Position numbers and translations under genes: made by a program. A DNA stretch of 64,000 bases from the human T2T-CHM13v2.0 reference genome, Homo sapiens: NCBI RefSeq assembly GCF_009914755.1, contig NC_060934.1. One strand, 5' to 3'. The stretch's first letter is position 1. Each line of letters starts with the position of its first letter. The notes under the pieces were generated by a model that made no database searches, was not told the DNA's origin, and worked only from the letters and a program-made list of their open reading frames with translations. Shown here in pieces: positions 34,555-64,000 of the stretch.

Positions 34555-36321
34555 GACGTCTGGGTTTGAAGCCGCCTGTGCATGGAAGGAAGGCCCCGTC
34601 TCCTCTCCCCCACGCCGTCTCTGCACAGGCGGGGCCTGGCTGGCTGTGGGCTGGTCCGACGACTCCTGCAGCCGCAGCTCTTCTCCCCTCAACTCCTGCA
34701 GCCGCAGCTCTTCTCCCCTCAATGGCAGGGAGGAGCGCACCCTCTCACAGGGAAGAGGGCCGGCAGGGCAGCCAACATCCAGGGCGGGGCAGAGGGCCCC
34801 CCCCCCCCCCCGCCTACATTCTCACCGGACAGCCCGAGCCACCCCAGAAGGCCGGGGAGCATGCACGGGAGTGTGTGGAAGTGAAGCACACACCACCGCC
34901 ACCCAGGTGGGCGCTGCTCACAGACGCAGGCCCAGCACTCAAGGCCGGGCAGCTATGAGGCTGACCCGAGCCCCCGGTGTGTGACTGCGGTGCTGGCGCG
35001 TGCTGTGTCTCATAAAGGGTGCGTGGACGTTCCCAGACGGTTGTCCTCATCCCAAGAGCGGGGCCTGGTCGCAGTCACTGGGCACTCGCTGTTTGTTGAG
35101 CAGAGAGCCAGGGACACCTTGTGCCACCGGTTCTCTGGCCCCTGCCCATGCACCGATGGTGACAGAGAATTTCCTGCCGTGGTCTCTGGGAACCACAGAC
35201 AGGCCCATCTCTCACCCTGGGCTGCTTATAAAGCTGTGCAGATCCCAGGCGAAGGCCCTGGGCCCTCAGCATTTCCTTCCCGGGGCTCCCTCTGGCCCAG
35301 ATGTGGGAGCTGATGTCCCCCACACCAGCATCTCCCACTCTGCCCCAGTGTGGGGGGCGATCAAGGGAACCAGACAGCACCCACACCTCACCAGTGTCTC
35401 GAAGAAGGACAAGGTGCACCACCCTGCCATGTTCCCCAAATGCACTTATTCAAACCCCCACACCTGTCCTTGCCCCGAGCCTGTCTCTGACATCGCCAGA
35501 CTTCCACCGAGTACACGGCGCCTCTGGGCCCTCGCAGAGACCGGGCCACCCTTCCTGGTGGTGATTTGGGTGCCGTGTCCCCCATGTGAGCTGCTGAGGG
35601 CTGGAAGGCTAGTTTCTGCCATGATTCAGAGGACAGGGGTGGGTGGGGGACGGGAAGCTGCATTCTATCCCCTCGGACTTCTGACTCTGCTCGTGGCATG
35701 GCCGGTTCTTCCCCAAATGTTCTTTGGCCGTTGTCATCTCCATCTCGCAGCCCAGCCAAGGACGGGAGGGCCCTGTTTGCCAGGGGTGCAGTGGGGCTCA
35801 TGGACACAGGTCTAGGCACATGTCCACTATGGCCGCTGTCCTGGGAAGGGGCACAGACCCGCCACACCCATTTCCTCAGAGGAAACCAGCACAGGCCTGT
35901 CTGGAGCGCTGGGCTGACGGGCTGAGCCCGTCCTCCTCCAGCGAGACCAGAGAGAAGCACACAGGCCGTTTACCCAGTTAGTTACAGTTCCAACCACAGA
36001 ACCACCCAGCCACAGTGAGAGGGATACGTCCCTTTATGGAGGGCCAAGCACTGCCCGGCACTGCGGCGGCTCCACGGTGCACGGTGCTGTCCTGGGCTCC
36101 TCTGCCTCCAGGACCGTCTCTGCCTTCCACAGCCTTACGGCTCCAGGGCCACGGAGACAGGCACCCACCCCAAAGCCATGGTCCGGGAGCTCTGCCCTGA
36201 GGAGCTGCCCACCCCACTGGCTGCCCCAAGTCCAGGCCAACCAGAAACGGCAGGCACCGGCCTGACGGCCAGGCAGACACAGGACGTACGCAGAACATGC
36301 AACATCGAGCGGTTCTCACAT

Positions 36322-36327
36322 TGTAAT
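36322..36327 (-). terminator. STK32C: Candidate variant poly(A) signal (ATTACA) for STK32C
   Basis: Minus strand reads tgtatagtttt...gaATTACAatgtg...gatgttgcatgttctgcgt (UGUA upstream, GU-rich downstream). No canonical hexamer seen nearby. Confidence 0.4.
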
Positions 36328-36827
36328 TCTCAGAGGTGAAAACTATACAGAAATTGCTGGAGCAGTTTGAATCTCTAGAAAACATTCACCTCCCCACCCA
36401 CTACCCCAACCCATGCCCTTGACCTCCAAGAACTGAGCCGAGCCTGGGGCACCCGCGGCCTGTGCTGCAAGGGTCACCTTGTGACGAGGGCCGTGCACAG
36501 CCTCCGGGCTGAGCAGGGACAAAGACTCCTGTCCCATCCATGGCCCCAGCTCCCCGTGAGCGGTAAGAGGGCGCCCAGCAGCGCTTCCTCCATCTAGGCG
36601 GGTCTCGGGGGCCCACGGGAAATGCCCTCCACAGGTGTCCCCTGCACCCACAGCCTCTTGTCCCCTGCACCACCACGAGCCTGAGGTGTGAAATGTGTCC
36701 GGGGCACTGTGGGCACCGCCAGCCAGGCTGGGTGGGAACGTGAATGCCAGGCCTCGGCCCATGGCCCTCCCTCTGGCAGCCGAGTCTCCAAAGCAGCTCA
36801 AGGGGTGAGGACCACGGGCGTCCCGGC

Positions 36828-57151
<20,324 letters not shown>

Positions 57152-58177
57152 TTAAGATGTGGGTGTTTTGGAGGCCGTGATTCTGCCCCCCAGAGGTTCC
57201 TGTACTGGTTAGTGTGTGGCCCTGGCGGCACCTGTCTCAGTGACATCCTGGCTCCATGGCTGTTAGTGAAGACCCCTCCCTGAGACTCAGTCCTGCGTTT
57301 CAAGTCTGCAGCAGGACACATCTGTCAACAGGCGCTATCTGCAAACAGACAGGGTCCAGCCTAACAGCATCCAGGCGTGAGTTGGAGCCAAGCAGTGGCT
57401 GGTTGTGCGGGGAGCGCCCCTCACCAGCCACGACCTGGGCATGGAGTTTTGCCTTCCTAAACCCCAACATCCTTTTCCAGGGCTTGGAGCAGCAAGCAGC
57501 CCGGAGGGGTACTGGGGAATGAATGCGAAAACCCACTGAGCACAGAGCCCTGCGCTCAGGAAGCCTCATCAACCATGGCTGCAGCTTCACCCTGGACGCA
57601 CATCACTCCACACTCCAGAGACCGACTCCCGTCTCAACACCGTGAGGCCAAGGCCCCTCACCCTGTCCTGCAAGGAGACACACAGAGTGAGCGTGGGGCT
57701 TGGGGGCCACCGCTGCCACCACAGCGGGACCCCCTCCGGGGCGCCAGTCCCCACATAGCTCTTCAGGCCTGTACCCTCTGAGCATGGATCATCGGTGTCA
57801 ACACTGATGCCGCAAACACACGGCTAATTGCTTAGCAGTGAGGATGAGAGTGAGGTGACGGGTGAGAAGCATCAATGAGCAGGGGGGTCCCTTGTGGCCA
57901 AGGATGTCAATCAGAATTGAGGATGAAGATCCCCAAAGGGAAGCCAGGAATTAAGGCACAAAATTGTGAGCAGCAGAGCTAACCCCTGTCTGACACTCAG
58001 GTTGGGAGAGACCTTCCCAGGACAGGTAATCCAGACCCGTTTCCAAGGCCTTCCACAACCTCTGCTCTCTGGTCCTCAAGGAGTTGGAGCCCAGCAGGGG
58101 GCCTGGAGGAAATGGATGATTCTGGATCTCAAGGTGGGCCACAGATGGCCCTGGGCTCCTGGCTGCATGCCCGGAAA

Positions 58178-58325
58178 GCGTGGTGGCACACACCCGTAGT
58201 CCCAGCTACTCAGGAGACTGAGAAGGGAGGATTGCTTGAGCCTGAGAGGTTGAGGCTGCAGTGAGCCACGACTGTACCACTGAACTCAGCCTGGGTGACA
58301 GGGCGAGACCCTGTCTCTAAAAAAA
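58178..58325 (+). mobile_element. Alu right-arm monomer (FRAM/AluJ-like)
   Basis: gtggtggcacacacccgtagtcccagctact...gcgagaccctgtctct(a)n. Confidence 0.88.
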
Positions 58326-60384
58326 TTAAGTCAGATGATTAACAACCTTAATTCAATCTGCAATCTTCATTCCTCTCTGCCACGAATGGTAACATGTTTG
58401 TTCTGGGATTTGGATGTGGGTGTTTTGGAGGCCATGATTCTGCCCCCAGAGGTTCCTGTACTGGTTAGTGTGTGGCCCTGGAGGCACCTGTCTCAGTCAC
58501 ATCCTGGCTCCGGGGCCCTTACTGGAGACCCCTCCCTGAGACTCAGTCTTTTTGTGAAGCAAAGCGGTGACCCTCCCTCCCACAAGGGGCCACTGGGAGT
58601 CACACTGTGCACAGAGCACCGGGCTGGCCCAAACTAAGAAAGCATGTCTGATGGTGCCAAGCGGTGGCCTGGGTGGATCCGGCTGCAGCACTGTGGTGCG
58701 GGAGACAGTGGCTTGGCCTGGCACCATGGGCTCTAAGTATGGCCTCTCCAGGAAGCTGACAACAGGCGTGGCCTCAGCACCTCCCTGCCCGGTGGGAGGG
58801 GAAAGCTGAGCCTGAAGGGACAGGAAGAGCCTTGTGTTGCGGGCTGCCCAGAGGTGCGTGTGCTGATGGGGGCTCCTGAACACGCGGCCACACCTGCTGA
58901 GGAGCGGGGGCAGCTGCAGGCAGCCCGAGAACAGACGGAGACTAAGCTTGAACGAGGCCGCCTTGGGAGGGCGGGGCGGGGCGGGATTTCTCCTGAACTT
59001 CCTGCATTTCCTATGACCATTTTTTAAATTGTTATTTTGAAAGCCAGTTGAGGGTTTCAGAATGACAGTGAGCGTAAGCTGCAGCAGCCCCTGGCTGCCC
59101 CTGGCAGGACCCCCTCCTGCCGCTTCCCACTGCCAACGGGGCAGAGTCGCGTGGCTCGGCAGCACGGCCTTCCTCCCATGCACACGGCCGCAGGAGGCCG
59201 AGGAGTCCCGTGCCCGGGATGGAAGCCCCAGCCTCACTCTGCACAGGCGCAGAAGCAACGGTGCTTTCCTGCGCCAGCCCCAGCACCCGCGGCCTCCTGC
59301 AGACGGTCACTACAGGCTCAAGGCGGCCACTGCAGGTCTGGAAACTGCTCCAGAAAGGCTGTTTGTTGCCCTGGGGCTGGGACCAGACAGGCTGTGAGAC
59401 AAATATGGTGGAAAATCCGGCCCTCACCCTCTGCCCCTCAGGAGCCTGGCTTGGGGCCACTGGCTGGGGCCAGGGCTCTTGCTGCTGGGGGGGAAGCTGG
59501 CGGGGGGGGGGGGGGCTGCAGAGCCCACCTCTGCCTGGAGCGGCGCCAGCACCCGCAGCCCAAGGCCGTCTTCAGCCGGTCCCAAGCCTCAGGCTTTCTG
59601 TCGCTTGTGCACCACCCCAGAAAGCTGCCTGCCCAGGCGACCCAACCCTCTCCAGGCTCCCTCTGCCCCTCCTGCTCACGATGCAGCTCAGCTCTTACGG
59701 GGGAATCTCTGGAAGAACACGCCTTCCCTTGGGGTGCTCAACCCCCACAGCCCACTCACCAGGGGACAGGGCACCTGGGCTTCCCGTGCCCTCTGGGCCC
59801 TGTCACATGTGCGGCGGACACAGACCGGGTGTCTACTCCAGACAGGACCTCACCCTCCTGCCAGACAGGCTCACCCAGGACCACCCGCTTTCCCAAGCAT
59901 GTGGCCTGGGCTCCATCTGGGACCAGCCCCTTGGCCCTGTGACCCAAGCCTGCTCTCCCCGTCACACGCATCCCATCACCCACAGCCAGGGAGCAGGGAC
60001 AGAAGAGCCACCTCGAGACAGGGCCTGGCCTCGCACACCCACGGCTCTGCTGTCCACCAGAACAAAGCAGCAGATCCACTTGCCTCCAGCCTGTTACCCC
60101 ACCTGGGAAACAAACTGCCCTGGATGGTGGAGCCATCAGCCACAGTCCAAGCCCCTGGCCTGGCCCTGTGGGAGGAGCTGCCCTGAGGAGCAAGGGGAGG
60201 CAGGGTTACACTCAGGTCTCCCGAGTCTTTGGGCTCTGTGTCCTGGAACATTCTCAGCTCAACTGCAGTTCAAGAAAAGCTTGCAAGTCTTCCTATATGC
60301 CAGCCCCATGCAAGGTACTGGCAGTGCAGGGTGAGTGGCCATGGTGCCTCCCTGGAGACCCTGGTGGAAACGCCTCGATCCCTC

Positions 60385-60832
60385 ACAGCAGGCCCGAGTG
60401 CGTCCCCAAAAGACACAGCCACCAGGAGCCTCGGAATGTGGCCTTATTCGGAATAAAGGTCTCTGAAGATGTAATTAAGTTGAGGATCTGGAGGTCCTGA
60501 ATTGGGATGGGCCCTAAAGCCAATGATAGACACCCTGATAAAAGACAGAAAAGAGAAGATGACGCAGGCATGGGGGCGAGGGAGTGTGAAGGTGGAGCAG
60601 AGGCAGCGATGTGAAGATGCCAGCCTGGGAATGGAGTGACATGGCGGCAAGCTGAGGACACCACGAGTGGCCAGCAGCCACCAGACGCCGGGAGAAGGCA
60701 CAGCGGGTCCTCCTACGGAGCCGCCCAGAGGGCCCACCCTGCCAGGTCTCAGGCTTCCCATCTCCAGGACTACAAGAGAAACTTCTGTTGTTTGCAGACA
60801 CTGAGCTACGGAACTTGGTTGTGGCGGGAAAC
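60385..60832 (+). mobile_element. MLT1-family MaLR LTR
   Basis: gaatgtggccttattcggaataaaggtctctgaagatgtaattaagtt...gggccctaaagccaatga...ctccaggactacaagagaaacttctgttgttt. Confidence 0.8.
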
Positions 60833-61507
60833 TCGCTTTCTCCACGCCTCCTGTGTCTCTGCATCCCTGATAACACCCTGCAGACTCTGAGCACCTGCGG
60901 CCACGCCTGCAGGCAGCAGCCTCACCTGCGCTCACGCTGCGCCCTCACCGGAGCACCTGCCAACCCAGCAGCCCACTTCCCCTAATCTCCTTCAACATTT
61001 TCTGACCCAGGCCAGCAGGTGGGGAGCCTGGTCCTGCCCCTTATCACTAGGACCCGCCCTCTGAGGCCTGGACTGTCAGGCACGTTGAAGGTGGTTTGGG
61101 GTGGTGTGGGGTTTTCCGTTGAAATGGATTTGATTAAGTCAATCACATCAAAGTGCTCTTAGGTGAAGACAACAGAGAAGAGGGCGGGTCCGGCAGGCTC
61201 CCTCGGGCCCCTGATGCAGGAGGCTCCAACGAGCGGTGGCGTAAAGCCCTGGGTTTGGTGCAGTCTCTGTCTGGAGGGACCTCAGCACCCGAGATCACGC
61301 AGAGCAGTGTTTACAAAAAAGACTGGAAACCGGCGGCCTTTTATGACCAGGCCTGGGGGGCTGAGGGCAGGCAGGTCCGACTCAAACGCTTCCTCCAGGA
61401 AACCGGTCCCTGCTTTCCCAGCCGCTTCCTCCAATCACCAACTTAAGCCCAAAGAGGAAATGGAGTTTGAGGTCTCACCACAAAGAGGAACAAGCCAACC
61501 CCGGGCT

Positions 61508-61680
61508 CCGGAGCCCTGGGCTTTTCCTATGAAACGCCACTGATGGGGAGGCCACAACGCCACCCGGAGCCCTGGGCTTTTCCTATGAAACGCCACTGAC
61601 GGGGAGGCCACAGCGCCACCCGGAGCCCTGGGCTTTTCCTATGAAACGCCACTGACGGGGAGGCCACAGCGCCACCCGGA
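61508..61680. repeat. 56-bp tandem repeat, 3 copies
   Basis: ccggagccctgggcttttcctatgaaacgccactgacggggaggccacagcgccac. Confidence 0.93.
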
Positions 61681-63824
61681 ACAGGCTGGTGCCTGCAGCC
61701 ATGTGACTGCCAATTCAACCAAATGCTGTTTATGCATTTGGCAGATTTAAGTGATTCACCCAAGCTCTTTCTCTTTCCAAGTAATTTTTGTTCCCCAGAA
61801 GCAAATGCCTGACCACAAGTACCTAAGGCCTCTAAACGGTATAATGAAACCACCTCCTAATCCTTCCTGGGGGAGCTTCTGGTGTCCCAAGGAGAAGTAG
61901 AGCCTGGGGACGTGGGGACAGCAGGGCGGGACAGGGCAAGGCAGGCTCCCTCCCAGGGTTCAGTGCTGGGTACCACAAAAACGGGAGGGTCAGTGCCCAG
62001 GATGGGGCTGGAGAAGGTGTCTGCAGCGACTGAAGAAGGTGCAGCCCAGTATGGGGCCTCTGGGGAGGGCACTGGAGGCAGAGGGGTCCCCCAGGCAGAA
62101 CCGGGCTCCCGTGCACTCCAGAGGCAGTTCCATCTCTCACTCTCCTCCTGCCCCTCCTGAGACCCCCCTGAAGCTGTTCTCTTGACGTCCCTGAGAAGCT
62201 GTGTCCCATAGGCCACTTGTCCCAGGTCCCTCTCCCTGGATGAGCTCAGGATTCTAACGCGGTGAGTGGGAATCCGTTTTGGGGTTTCAGTTTTCCCCCG
62301 ATGCCTAGTGGCTGCTTCCTAGGCCATGGCTGGTGAAGTTAAGACGCCTCACGAGGCCACAAACCTCTCAAGAAGAGGTGGACCCTGGCAAGCTCACCAA
62401 GGGGCCTGGGTGGCGGCTGTAGTGGCCATGCTGTGATGGCACCACCTGGCACTGAGGCTCTTGTTCCATCCACTGCAGATGGCAGAGGGGGGTCTTTGTC
62501 CCAAGAGGCTGGGAACCCCCCATGCCCTATGGCTGTCAGGTGTTGGTGGCCAGGCAGGGGCACTCAGCCCACCGGCTTCCCAGGGGACGGAGCTACCTCC
62601 CAGGCCCACACGCACTCCCGCCTAAAGCCCTTGTTTAGTCAGAACATTGCCGTGGGGCTAAGGCACACAGTTGCTGCGACTGCAGGATGGCCCCTTCGGC
62701 AACAGCTGCCTCCCCTCAGCTGCTTCATGCTGGCTGGAGCCTTACTGGGCTTGGAAGAGCAGATGGGCTGGGGCGCCGTCTGAGTCCTCGCCACTGTGGA
62801 ACTACTATGGACATACTGTTTTCTGGTGCTTGCATGCAAGCGATCGTTCCGATGAGGTCTGGGATTCTTGGCTATCTTCAAACAGAGCTTGGAGATGCTG
62901 CTCCTGAGTGGCTGAGAACCTGTGGCCTCGTGGACTCTCCCACTTGGGGATAACCAAGGCTCTTAACACCTTGCCTGGCTACTCCCAGCTCTCCTCGCCC
63001 TGGGATCGAGGACCTGTGTGCAGGATGTGCATAATCCGTGATCCATCTTGAGGGCCACCCTCCATGCTGCCCGAGCTTGACAGCCGCTTCCAAGGGAGCT
63101 CTGCCGCTGTTTCTCCCTTGTGTCCTCCTGACACTTCCCGATGCATCCCCGAGTTCTGGGAGGCACCTCCACGTCCCTTCCTCTTCTGCCACATTCCCAT
63201 GCCTTGCCACGGTCCCCTCTGAAACAGCGGGGGTTCCTCCAGCAGGTTTGCCCACTTCGCTTTTTCTGCCTTGCCCTGCTGCTAGGTGAGGTCTCTATGA
63301 ATTCTTGGGGGGACTCTGGGTGCTCCTTCACTCAGAGAGCTTTCTCTCACCTGTTTCCACACAGCTCTGAGCCCAAAGGGTTTCACCCTCCACACCCTGC
63401 ATCCTGTGCTCTGTATGGCCCCTTCTGAGCTTCCGGCCCCTTCATGCCAGGGCTCTCCCCCTCCTGCTTGGGGAGTGGTGGGATGCCGGGGCAGGTGTGG
63501 CTGCCATCCGTTCCTGTCAGTCAGGGACCACCTCTTCTTGCATCTCTGGCTGCCTCGAGCCTGTGGCTCTCATGAGCTGCTGGGGGGGCCTTGGGGGTTG
63601 GAGGTCAGGTAAAGACAGGAAGTCTGTGTTGTTCAAAGCCTTGCACATGGGCTAATTTGTTACAGCAGCCATTGGACACTTGTGCAGTATGCCCACCGGG
63701 GCAGGTGGGAAGCTTGTGTGGCACGCCCACCAGGGCAAGTGATGTGGCTGTGAAGGGACCTAGGGCAGGGATACACATTGTACAGGGGGCACCAGACACA
63801 CGGTTGGGGAAGAAAGCAAGGTGA

Positions 63825-63992
63825 AGCTGTGACTGGTGTGAGCGGTGTGAGCAGTGTGAACTGTGAGTGGTATGAACTGTGTGAGTGGTGTGAGCTGTGT
63901 GACTGGTATGAACTGTGTGAGTGGTGTGAGCTGTGTGACTGGTATGAACCGTGTGAGTGGTGTGAGTGGTGTGAGCTGTATGAGTGGTGTGC
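63825..63992. repeat. TG-rich ~18-bp tandem repeat
   Basis: gtgtgagtggtgtgagct / gtgtgactggtatgaact units. Confidence 0.88.
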
Positions 63993-64000
63993 CACCCTTG

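Noticed and set aside
59151-60334. Overlapping 235-374 aa ORFs antisense to STK32C
   Set aside because: GC-rich intronic sequence open in all three frames, with no domain similarity or exon structure.

Overview
Primate, almost certainly human, genomic DNA (Alu, L1, THE1 and MLT1 repeats; GT-AG introns) matching the JAKMIP3-DPYSL4-STK32C neighbourhood of distal 10q26.3. I assembled the complete 14-exon DPYSL4 (CRMP3) CDS on + (16293-33741; 1719 nt = 572 aa + stop), preceded by a CpG-island promoter. Ten 3' coding exons of the kinase STK32C (YANK3) lie on - (56950-36828; 380 aa + stop), convergent with DPYSL4. The first 14 kb looks like the last intron and 3'-terminal exon of an upstream + strand gene; JAKMIP3 is inferred from known gene order, not from coding sequence in the window. 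The window is rich in VNTRs and low-complexity tracts and has a four-level nested transposon stack. Nearly all long ORFs in the supplied track are repeat or GC-content artefacts. I found no evidence of a new multi-gene system. The best leads are regulatory: canonical and spacer-extended REST/RE1 sites at DPYSL4, an E-box (CACGTG) VNTR beside DPYSL4 exon 2, a Pumilio-element cluster between alternative poly(A) signals, and perfect DUX4 motifs in both LTRs of a full-length THE1.
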